A stretch of DNA of 64,000 bases from Candidatus Levyibacteriota bacterium (lineage in GTDB: Bacteria > Patescibacteriota > Microgenomatia > Levybacterales > UBA12049), in the NCBI GenBank assembly GCA_029260965.1, contig JAJDCG010000001.1:445803-509802 (forward strand), in the 5' to 3' direction. Numbering within the stretch: position 1 is the first letter of the stretch; each line of letters opens with the position of its first letter. The position numbers and the translations under genes were made by a program. The notes under the pieces are model-generated. The model searched no databases. It was given only the letters and a program-made list of their open reading frames with translations, and was not told the DNA's origin. This document shows positions 18,626 to 26,923 of this stretch, one piece after another.

Positions 18626-20608
18626 ATGGGTGGATTTGATAAGATTGAGCTAGGTAAAAAAGAGGAATCTAGAAAAGATACACTGAGTAGTGGAGGTCAG
18701 GATTTTGCCCGCATGCAGAGCGGTACCAGTTTTATGAGTAGAAGAAGTGGGAAAAAGAAATTCAAATTTTCAAGAAAGAAAACCTCAATAATAGCAGGTG
18801 TGCTTGCTGCTATCCTGGTGTTGGTAGGAATTCCAGCATATCTTACTTACGATTCTGGTCTTAAGACATATAGGCAAGCAAAGCTGGTTGCAGCAGCCAT
18901 GGATACTCAGAATGTCGAGCAGGCATCAAAAGAAATTGAAATCACGAGAAAGCATCTTAAAAACACTCAACGCAGTTTTAAATTTCTCATTCCTTTTAAA
19001 TTTGTGCCTGTTATTGGTTGGTACTATAGTGATTTAGGGCATATGCTAAATGCTGGTTCACATGGGCTTGAGGCAGCAACTGTTGCTACAGATGCAATAA
19101 AACCATATGCAGACGTGTTGGGTCTCAAGGGAGAAGGAAGTTTTTCAGAAGGATCAGCAGAAGATAGGATAAAGACTGCTGTTCTGACAATAGGAAAGAT
19201 TACTCCTGAGGTTGATAGAATAGCTGTCTCTCTTGAGAAAGTTCAGGTCGAGATTGATGAAGTAAATCCTGATCATTATCCTGCGTTTTTGTTTGGTCCG
19301 AGTTTTAAATCTCGTCTTGAGAATCTTAAAAAAATAACAGATCAGGGAGTTAGTTTTGTGACAGATGCAAAACCTTTGGTAAAAGTGCTTCCATCGCTTC
19401 TTGGTGAGGAGGAACCAAAGAAATATCTAATTTTGTTCCAGAACGACAAGGAGCTTAGACCAACAGGAGGATTTATAACTGCATTTGCTATCTTCAATGT
19501 AGATAAGGGTGTTATAAAAATTGAGAGGTCTGATGATATATATGATCTTGATAATTCCATATCTGGTAAGCCTCCAGCACCTGATGCAATTCAGAGATAC
19601 CTGGCAAACGTATCGGTTCTCAATCTCCGTGACAGTAACGTTTCTCCTGACTTTATAGAGTCGATGGAGACGTTTAATTCTCTTTATGAAAAATCAGGAC
19701 AAAGCGTTGATGTGGACGGAATTATTGCGCTGGATACAAGTGTTTTGGTGTCAACCATAAAAGTTTTGGATGATCAGGTACAGGCAGGTGGCATGACATT
19801 TAATACACAGATTGACGAGCGTTGTGATTGTCCACAGGTTATTTATGAGTTAGAAAATACAATATCCCGTCCTGTAAATTATGTCAAAACAGATCGCAAG
19901 AGTTTGATTGGAGAGCTTTTGCAGGCTATTATGACCAAGGCATTCTCATCAAGCCCCAAGATTTATTGGGGACCACTATTTCAGACAATACTTACAGAGG
20001 CTGATCAGAAGCACGTACTTGTTTATCTCTACAACAAAGAGGCACAGCAGGGAATCGAGGCACTTAATTATGCAGGGCGCATCAGAGATTTTGAGGGTGA
20101 TTATCTACACATCAATGAGAGTTCTTTTTCTGGGGCAAAGGTAAATATCTTCCTTGAGGAGGAGGTCGAAAATAAATACGAGGTTGATAAAGAAGGTATT
20201 GTTACAAAGACTGTAACTATTACTTATAAAAATCCATACCCTCCGTCTGATTGTAATCTCGAGTCAGGAGGTTTATGTTTGAATGCTGAATATAGGGATT
20301 GGTTGAGGATTTATGTACCTCAGGGAAGTGAGTTGGTTGATAGCGAAGGTTCTCAGGTAAAAATAGAAACGTCTGAAGAGTTCGGAAAGACGCTTTTTGA
20401 AGGTTTTATTACGGTGAGACCTCAGGGTTCAAAGAAATTTTCTATCACATATAAGCTTCCATTTAAGCTTGAAAAAGGATCACCACTTCCTCTTATGATA
20501 CAAAAACAGCCAGGCACCCATGGTAATGTATATACAAATGTTGTTAATGGTAAGACTATTGAGACATTTCCTCTCTTGACAGATAAAGAAGCTTTGCTCA
20601 AGATATAA
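18626..20608 (+). CDS. DUF4012 domain membrane-anchored protein
   Basis: Single N-terminal TM; YLILFQNDKELRPTGGFI, LRDSNVSPDF, VDGIIA, IQKQPG motifs. Confidence 0.85.
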   Translation: MGGFDKIELGKKEESRKDTLSSGGQDFARMQSGTSFMSRRSGKKKFKFSRKKTSIIAGVLAAILVLVGIPAYLTYDSGLKTYRQAKLVAAAMDTQNVEQASKEIEITRKHLKNTQRSFKFLIPFKFVPVIGWYYSDLGHMLNAGSHGLEAATVATDAIKPYADVLGLKGEGSFSEGSAEDRIKTAVLTIGKITPEVDRIAVSLEKVQVEIDEVNPDHYPAFLFGPSFKSRLENLKKITDQGVSFVTDAKPLVKVLPSLLGEEEPKKYLILFQNDKELRPTGGFITAFAIFNVDKGVIKIERSDDIYDLDNSISGKPPAPDAIQRYLANVSVLNLRDSNVSPDFIESMETFNSLYEKSGQSVDVDGIIALDTSVLVSTIKVLDDQVQAGGMTFNTQIDERCDCPQVIYELENTISRPVNYVKTDRKSLIGELLQAIMTKAFSSSPKIYWGPLFQTILTEADQKHVLVYLYNKEAQQGIEALNYAGRIRDFEGDYLHINESSFSGAKVNIFLEEEVENKYEVDKEGIVTKTVTITYKNPYPPSDCNLESGGLCLNAEYRDWLRIYVPQGSELVDSEGSQVKIETSEEFGKTLFEGFITVRPQGSKKFSITYKLPFKLEKGSPLPLMIQKQPGTHGNVYTNVVNGKTIETFPLLTDKEALLKI

Positions 20609-20629
20609 GTAAGTAGGGCTTTATTTCTA

Positions 20630-21172
20630 ATGCGTAATTTTAAAACAGAAGGTATTATTATCAAGAGGCGAAATTTTCAGGATCAGGACCGTATTCTGAC
20701 GATATTTACACCGTTTAATGGCAAGATTTCCGTCCGCGGTACAGGAGTACGCAAGATCACAAGTCGTAGATCAGGCCACATAGAGCTTCTTAACCACAGC
20801 ATGCTTACTTTATATCAGGGCAAATCCTTTCCTGTGCTTACTGAGGCTGCAACTATCAATAATTTTTCAGAAATAAAAAAAGATCTTGATACCATGGGGT
20901 TTGCGTATCATATTTGTGAATTGGTAGATGGTCTGTGTCCTGAGAATCAAGAAAATGTGCAAGTTTTCTCGCTTCTCAAAGATACGCTTATGAGTCTGGA
21001 GGCAGATCTGGACAAGAGATCAATTGTCAATGAGTTTGAGATGAAACTTCTTGCCATGCTTGGGTTTTGGAACAAGGTTGATTACGCTCAGGTATTTGAT
21101 ACTCAGAGTTTTATCGAGAACATCCTCGAGCGTCGTCTCAAATCCCGCAGAATCTTCACCAAAATTAACTAA
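20630..21172 (+). CDS. recO: DNA repair protein RecO
   Basis: KTEGIIIKRRNF..QDRILTIFT..GKI..GVRKITSRR OB-fold N-terminus; short C-terminus. Confidence 0.88.
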   Translation: MRNFKTEGIIIKRRNFQDQDRILTIFTPFNGKISVRGTGVRKITSRRSGHIELLNHSMLTLYQGKSFPVLTEAATINNFSEIKKDLDTMGFAYHICELVDGLCPENQENVQVFSLLKDTLMSLEADLDKRSIVNEFEMKLLAMLGFWNKVDYAQVFDTQSFIENILERRLKSRRIFTKIN

Positions 21173-21212
21173 TTCAGTCTCAAACATTGACTATCGGGTG
21201 TATAATAAAGGC

Positions 21213-21461
21213 ATGAGAGAGAGGGGTTTATCCAGAATTGGTCAGGATCCAGAGCTTAAAGCAACATATGTTTTGCAAGAAGCGTTGGGAGGGTTTGATA
21301 GAAAGCTTAGAATGAATCCAGAAAGACGAGAGGGAGAAAGCCCACTAATTAATAATAGAGCTGGCGCAGAGGAACTAATTGGAAAAATAGGCGGAACTGC
21401 AGGTTTTATAAAGATTCTCAATGTGGTGGTTTTGAGCGATAGGAAAACTGTTAAAAAATAA
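21213..21461 (+). CDS. Small hypothetical protein (82 aa)
   Basis: TATAAT (21201-06) sits 6 nt before ATG 21213; the longer ORF-track version overlaps recO. Confidence 0.5.
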   Translation: MRERGLSRIGQDPELKATYVLQEALGGFDRKLRMNPERREGESPLINNRAGAEELIGKIGGTAGFIKILNVVVLSDRKTVKK

Positions 21462-21544
21462 GTTTTTACTTCTAAATATTAAAAGAAATAGACTATTATT
21501 TCTTCACCCTTTACGCTTGAGCATCAACCCTTTATAATATCCAT

Positions 21545-23017
21545 ATGGCATCAGACAAGATGGAAAAGATTGTAGCACTGGCAAAGCGACGGGGATTTAT
21601 CTACCCTGGATCAGAAATTTACGGCGGGCTTGCCAATACTTATGATTACGGACCGCTTGGCACTGAGCTTCTCAGAAACATAAAAGACCTTTGGTGGAGG
21701 ATGTTTGTACAAAAACGTTCAGATATAGTTGGTCTTGATGCCAGTCTTATCTCACACCACAAGATCTGGGAAGCATCAGGTCATACTGCAGGCTTTGCCG
21801 ATGCGATGATAGATTGTAAGAACTGCAAGGCGCGGATGAGAGCCGATCATTTATTAGAAGATTGCATAAGCAAGGGTGTAAATTTTTCTTTATTAAAGCA
21901 GACTTTATTGTCTCCAAATAATAAAACATTTAATAATGCTGAAAAGAAAATATTAGATAGTGTTGTTACAACAAATAAGGTTGAAGGATTATCAGTTGAA
22001 ATATTAAATAAATTAATACTTTTTTTAAAACCAAAATGCCCAAATTGTGGGAAAATTGATTGGACAGATGTTCGCAAGTTTAATCAGCTTTTTCCTGTTC
22101 AGCTAGGGATAGTTGAGGGAGATAAAGGTTTGGCTTATCTGAGAGGAGAGACAGCACAGGGAATGTTTATCAATTTCAAAAATGTGGTTGATTCAACAAG
22201 AGTAAGACTTCCCTTTGGGATTGCGCAGCTTGGGAAAGGATTTAGAAATGAAATAACGCCAGGTAATTCGGTTTTTCGGACAATTGAGTTTGACATGGGT
22301 GAGATTGAGTATTTTTTTGATCCCAAGCAAAGTAACTGGCAGGAATTGTTTGAGGAATGGAAAGCAGAAATATGGGATTTTGTGATTAAAAAGCTGGGAA
22401 TTGATGAGACCAATCTCCGTTGGAGAGAACACGCAAATGAGGAAAGATCTTTTTACAGCGAGCGGACAATTGACCTGGAGTACAAATTTCCATTTGGCTT
22501 CAAAGAACTTTGGGGGCTTGCATATCGTACTGACTATGATCTAACTCAGCACATGGATCTTTCAAAGAAAGATTTGACAATAGTTGATCCTCAGACTGGG
22601 ATAAAGACTCTGCCTCATGTGATAGAGCCTGCAGTTGGAATTAACCGTTTGCTGCTTATGATTCTGGTAGATTCATATAGAGAAGAAGAAAATAGAGTTG
22701 TTCTCCAGATTCATCCCAAGCTTGCGCCATATAAAGTGGCTGTATTTCCGCTTCTTGGTAATAAAGAAGAGTTGATTACAAAGGCAAAAAACGTTTATGA
22801 TGATTTGAAAAAAGACTTTATGGTGGCATTTGACGATCGGGGGAATATAGGCAAGCGGTACATGAGCCAGGACGAGGCAGGAACGCCCTGGTGCGTGACA
22901 GTTGATTTTGACACGCTTGATGATGACACAGTGACAATCAGAGACCGCGACACAGCCGAGCAGGAAAGGGTAAAAATAAAGGATTTGGCTGATTATTTTT
23001 CTAAAAAACTTCAATAG
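21545..23017 (+). CDS. glyQS: Glycine--tRNA ligase, alpha2 (homodimeric) type
   Basis: KRRGF..GSEIYGG, YDYGPLG, YLRGETAQG, FRNEITP, PHVIEPAVG, NIGKRY..QDEAGTP. Confidence 0.95.
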   Translation: MASDKMEKIVALAKRRGFIYPGSEIYGGLANTYDYGPLGTELLRNIKDLWWRMFVQKRSDIVGLDASLISHHKIWEASGHTAGFADAMIDCKNCKARMRADHLLEDCISKGVNFSLLKQTLLSPNNKTFNNAEKKILDSVVTTNKVEGLSVEILNKLILFLKPKCPNCGKIDWTDVRKFNQLFPVQLGIVEGDKGLAYLRGETAQGMFINFKNVVDSTRVRLPFGIAQLGKGFRNEITPGNSVFRTIEFDMGEIEYFFDPKQSNWQELFEEWKAEIWDFVIKKLGIDETNLRWREHANEERSFYSERTIDLEYKFPFGFKELWGLAYRTDYDLTQHMDLSKKDLTIVDPQTGIKTLPHVIEPAVGINRLLLMILVDSYREEENRVVLQIHPKLAPYKVAVFPLLGNKEELITKAKNVYDDLKKDFMVAFDDRGNIGKRYMSQDEAGTPWCVTVDFDTLDDDTVTIRDRDTAEQERVKIKDLADYFSKKLQ

Positions 23018-23030
23018 AGTCCTATAGCTC

Positions 23031-23059
23031 TTGAAAAAATGAATTTCTTGAGTTATAAT
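23031..23059 (+). promoter_or_regulatory. Sigma70-type promoter, leaderless-type
   Basis: TTGAAA, 17 nt, TATAAT, then ATG 7 nt later. Confidence 0.65.
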
Positions 23060-23066
23060 TCGCATA

Positions 23067-24161
23067 ATGAATGCACCGGATAGGCTCTGTGCTTATGCTC
23101 CACAAGATGAACGCAATGCCCGTCGTTCATTACTTCCAGCTGTCATTACTATCTACATAAACGAAGCTGTGAAAAGGGCAAGAAGAACACCAGCTGTAAA
23201 CGAAGTTTTTCAATTTCCATTACGGAATGCTAAGATTGAGGGTATAAATTTTTGTCCAGCCGTTACAAGCACTTTTGCTATTTTTACAAAAGCAGCACAT
23301 GTATTAGGGGATGGATGGCAGATGAGCGAGATCTTAACAGATGATCAAAGAAATATCCTAGATGGAGCCATAGAATTTGGCGCTGATGTTCCAGACAATC
23401 ACTTTAAGAATAATTTTTTAACATCATATCCTTTATTTGCTTTAGGCTTGTTACACGAGTTAATATATGCAGGTGAAATAGAAAAACCCGAAACTGTAAG
23501 GCAAGTGCTTGAGTTATTGAAAGATACTGATCTGCATGGTTTAATGCGGGAGGGAATGCATACTGCAAGTCGGGTGTGGAGTCAGGAAGCTAAAACAAGT
23601 CCGTGGGAAATTTTTCGTAATTTTAGACATTTATATAACTATGGCAAAGAGTCGCCATTTATAATCAATAATGATGGGTCTCGTTCTTTTAAATCGGAGA
23701 TTACTACTCATCTTCATGCAAAAATGAGGGCAGTAAACCAAAAGGGAGAACGCGCAGCTGTAAGTTGCCCAATTGCAGTTCGGACAATTTACGATATTAG
23801 TAACGATCCAAGTTCCTGTGCATACATTAGCGAAGACCAAAGAAGGAGCTTGATTACTCCAGATCCAAAATCAGGTCTTCCTTTGGCAACGCAGAATGAA
23901 AAAGGTGCTATCCATATTGAGTTTGATGCGCTAAATGCTTTAAGTGACTTTTTTTTAGAATTTGCTGAAAACGTAATTACGCAAAGAGGCGTACCTGTTC
24001 TGATAGATTGTAGAGGATGGCCTCACAAAGATGGCATAATTTATATTGATCAAAATGAATCTGTTCCTTCTGCATTAAAGCATGAGCCTAGGCCTGATTG
24101 CCCACTAAATAGCGATGAGAACATAATATTTGGAAATAAGCCTTGTTCTTGCGCAGCTTAG
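23067..24161 (+). CDS. Hypothetical soluble protein with several Cys-Pro motifs
   Basis: 364-aa ORF with its own promoter; no recognised family. Confidence 0.7.
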   Translation: MNAPDRLCAYAPQDERNARRSLLPAVITIYINEAVKRARRTPAVNEVFQFPLRNAKIEGINFCPAVTSTFAIFTKAAHVLGDGWQMSEILTDDQRNILDGAIEFGADVPDNHFKNNFLTSYPLFALGLLHELIYAGEIEKPETVRQVLELLKDTDLHGLMREGMHTASRVWSQEAKTSPWEIFRNFRHLYNYGKESPFIINNDGSRSFKSEITTHLHAKMRAVNQKGERAAVSCPIAVRTIYDISNDPSSCAYISEDQRRSLITPDPKSGLPLATQNEKGAIHIEFDALNALSDFFLEFAENVITQRGVPVLIDCRGWPHKDGIIYIDQNESVPSALKHEPRPDCPLNSDENIIFGNKPCSCAA

Positions 24162-24164
24162 CCT

Positions 24165-24302
24165 TCAAGTCACCCGTTTGATTCTTTGCACTGTTCGGAT
24201 GTTTCGTTTCAACCGTCTTGCGTACTCCTTTTTCGAGATACCAACTTTTAACCACGCACTAAGTAACTCTCTTTCTGTTTGAGTAAGTTTCTTGTGTTTC
24301 AT
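24165..24302 (-). mobile_element. IS30-family transposase remnant (N-terminal HTH_38 only, 45 aa)
   Basis: Minus-strand ORF MKHKKLTQTERELLSAWLKVGISKKEYARRLKRNIRTVQRIKRVT* preceded by SD GGAGGTGA; matches the LT..ER......G.S...AR.L.R...T..R pattern; no DDE domain follows. Confidence 0.7.
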
Positions 24303-24522
24303 TTATTCACCTCCCTTCTACCTCAGAAAAGCAAATTGTGCCTTAACAAGAACCTTTAGGGGATGGCGATCGTTTCTAGAACTTGGGCTTTTAAATCTGT
24401 AGAATTTACAATGATATAATCATTTCCCAACGCACTGTATTTGTATAATTTCACGATTAAATTATAACAGAAATTTTTCGCTTGACAGGGAGGCAGGATT
24501 TAGGATATTCTAAATTATACAA

Positions 24523-25029
24523 ATGTTTGAGAAACTAAAAAAAGATAGAAAAAGCCAAATCGTTGCCGTTATTATAGCGGTTCTTTTATTGGCTAGTGGA
24601 TATTTGCTTTTTGCAGGTAAATCCGCTCCTGAGCCTGAGGACGAAGATATAGAGACCAATATTATAGAGAAACTCACAGCTGAGGAGCTGGGGCTTACTA
24701 TGGAAGCAAAACCTGATGGTAAAGCAGTCAAGTTCATTATTGAGAATACAGAAGGAATAGAAACTATAGAATACTCTCTTTCATATGAGGCTGATTCAAC
24801 TTCACAAGAAATTGCAGAAGGGGGAGATCCTAGGGTAGGCCGTGGGATAATAGGTGAATCAGAAATAGATAACGATACGGAGCCGTTTGAATCAGAGTGG
24901 CTTGATCTTGGGTCGTGCTCCAAAAATGTTTGTCGTTATGATTCAGGTGTTGAGTCAGTTGAGCTGACACTCAAGATAGAAAAATCAGACGGAAAAATTT
25001 ATTCAGCAGAAGCCTCACTGGAGCTCTAA
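24523..25029 (+). CDS. Membrane-anchored hypothetical protein with LGSCS..VCRYD motif
   Basis: N-terminal TM, acidic extracellular domain, paired Cys; TTGACA at 24482 upstream. Confidence 0.75.
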   Translation: MFEKLKKDRKSQIVAVIIAVLLLASGYLLFAGKSAPEPEDEDIETNIIEKLTAEELGLTMEAKPDGKAVKFIIENTEGIETIEYSLSYEADSTSQEIAEGGDPRVGRGIIGESEIDNDTEPFESEWLDLGSCSKNVCRYDSGVESVELTLKIEKSDGKIYSAEASLEL

Positions 25030-25115
25030 AAGCTTTCTTACATAATTCTTACATTTTCAACACTACATTTTGTACTTTTGGGTATTCGCATACACTAGAG
25101 ACCCTTTGTTTTTTG

Positions 25116-25177
25116 TTGACATTAATCATCAAACAGCGCAATATATAAAAGTAGTCCAAAATAGGAAAAAGTAGTCC
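25116..25177 (+). promoter_or_regulatory. dcw promoter with putative MraZ-binding direct repeats
   Basis: TTGACA at 25116-21; AAAAGTAGTCC repeated at 25147 and 25167 with AAAATAGGA between, giving 10-nt periodicity. Confidence 0.6.
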
Positions 25178-25226
25178 TCTGCAAATGCAAAGCAGATTTA
25201 TTTTGGCTAAATATAGAGGCAGGAAT

Positions 25227-25661
25227 ATGTTAATAGGACAACATGATGGCAAGGTTAGCAATAAACATCAAACAGCATTACCCAAAAAGTTCAGAAAAGA
25301 ACTTGGAGATAGGCTGATTATTACAAAAGGATTTGAGAATTGTTTGATAATTGTGTCTGAAAAAAGCTGGAAGACGCTTTTGGAAGGTACAGAGGGAAGA
25401 CCTTTTACACAGAAAAATACAAGAGAGTTGCAGAGATTTTTGCTTGGAAACGCGACAGATGTTGATCTTGATGCAAAAGGAAGATTTGTGCTTCCTGAAT
25501 ACCTGAGGAGGTTTGCAGGGCTTGAGACTGAGATAATTTTTGCAGGAATTGAGAGATTTGTTGAGGTTTGGGACAGAAAGACTTGGGATGCGCATCAGAA
25601 GTCATTGGGAGAGAGTATAGAAACAATAGCAGAAAAACTGTCTAACGAAAAAGATTTATGA
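25227..25661 (+). CDS. mraZ: Transcriptional regulator MraZ
   Basis: Start placed at MLIGQH; DLDAKGRFVLP, EVWD motifs; first gene of the dcw cluster. Confidence 0.92.
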   Translation: MLIGQHDGKVSNKHQTALPKKFRKELGDRLIITKGFENCLIIVSEKSWKTLLEGTEGRPFTQKNTRELQRFLLGNATDVDLDAKGRFVLPEYLRRFAGLETEIIFAGIERFVEVWDRKTWDAHQKSLGESIETIAEKLSNEKDL

Positions 25662-26560
25662 ATTATGACAAAGGACAGGACAACTTTCATAAAAGCGTAC
25701 TTTTAAAAGAAGTAATAGATTATTTAAGAATTAAAAAAGGAAGAAAGTATATTGATGCGACATTGGGTGGAGGAGGACACACAGGTGCAATATTGGAAAA
25801 AGGGGGTATTGTTTTGGGCCTGGATATTGATCATGACGCACTTAGATACGTTAGAAAAAATTTCCAATTCGCAATTTCCAATCTGCAATTGAAGATTTCG
25901 AAAGGGAATTTTAGAGAGATTGACAAAATAGCAATTGAAAACAGTTTTGACAATGTAGATGGAATCATATTAGACCTTGGGGTTTCCAGTTATCAGTTGG
26001 ATACCGCTTCTAGAGGGTTTAGCATAAAAAATGCTGGCCCTCTGGATATGCGGATGGATAAAGATTTGTCCATTAGCGCATATGATCTGATAAAAATTTT
26101 AACAAAAAAAGAATTGTATGAATTATTTAATAGATTTGGTGAAGAAGTTAATGCTCGTGCCATCTCTGAGGGTATTGTCAGTGCCCGTAAACTAGAAGAC
26201 ATACAGACAACTGATCAGTTGGCAGAAATCGTTAAAAGATCGGTTCGCAGGAGTAACAAAAAAATTCATCCTGCAACGCTTGTTTTTCAAGCACTTAGAA
26301 TTGCAGTAAATGACGAGTTGGGTAGTCTGATGACAGCACTGCCGAAAGCATTTGAACTCTTGGGTTCAAAAGGTAGATTAGCAGTTATATCTTTTCACTC
26401 GTTGGAGGATAGGATCGTCAAACAGGAGTTTAGAAAATGGCATGAAATAGGAAAAGGAAAGATAGTAGCGAAGAAGCCAGTTATGGCAAGTAGTCTGGAG
26501 ATGGAAAATAATCCACGCTCAAGGAGCGCAAAGTTAAGAGTTATAGAAAAAAATGAATAG
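25658..26560 (+). CDS. rsmH: 16S rRNA m4C1402 methyltransferase
   Basis: HKSVLL, DATLGGGGH, DLGVSSYQ, PLDMRM, FQALRIAVNDE, SFHSLEDR, NPRSRSAKLR. Confidence 0.96.
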   Translation: MNYDKGQDNFHKSVLLKEVIDYLRIKKGRKYIDATLGGGGHTGAILEKGGIVLGLDIDHDALRYVRKNFQFAISNLQLKISKGNFREIDKIAIENSFDNVDGIILDLGVSSYQLDTASRGFSIKNAGPLDMRMDKDLSISAYDLIKILTKKELYELFNRFGEEVNARAISEGIVSARKLEDIQTTDQLAEIVKRSVRRSNKKIHPATLVFQALRIAVNDELGSLMTALPKAFELLGSKGRLAVISFHSLEDRIVKQEFRKWHEIGKGKIVAKKPVMASSLEMENNPRSRSAKLRVIEKNE

Positions 26561-26837
26561 ACCAATAAAACTAATAATTATAATGCTAACTCTAATTATA
26601 GGGCTTTCGATAGTCAAGGTCAGTGTTGAGAATAGCATGTCAACAACAGGAGCTGAATTATCGCACTTGCAGGATGAGGTAGATAAATACAAAAAAGAAA
26701 ATAGTCTTTTGAAAGAGCGCTATTTAACTAGTGCTTCCCTGACAGAGATTGCTTCAAAAGCAGCAACCACAGGTTTTGCATCCTCAAGCAGCGAAATTAA
26801 TCTAGCTGGACCCCTTCCGCTTGCTGTAAATAGATAG
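26553..26837 (+). CDS. ftsL: FtsL-like cell division protein
   Basis: TM plus coiled coil, located between rsmH and the class B PBP. Confidence 0.6.
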   Translation: MNRPIKLIIIMLTLIIGLSIVKVSVENSMSTTGAELSHLQDEVDKYKKENSLLKERYLTSASLTEIASKAATTGFASSSSEINLAGPLPLAVNR

Positions 26838-26889
26838 TGTTGTAATTGATACTGAGTTGAGAGTTGCATCTATTGAATAGTAGACTTGT

Positions 26890-26912
26890 GTACCACTTGA
26901 TGCTCGTGGTAC
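26890..26912. repeat. Intergenic inverted repeat
   Basis: GTACCAC-ttgatgctc-GTGGTAC, perfect 7-bp stem, no U-tract. Confidence 0.5.
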
Positions 26913-26923
26913 TCTTGAAATAT

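Noticed and set aside
21051-21212. N-terminal extension of the ORF 21051..21461
   Set aside because: Overlaps recO and runs through the promoter; ATG 21213 is the better start.
21863-21976. Intein in GlyRS (insert starts CISKG and ends VVTTN)
   Set aside because: Only 38 aa, far below a minimal intein; no TxxH block, no penultimate His, and the +1 residue is Lys rather than Cys/Ser/Thr.
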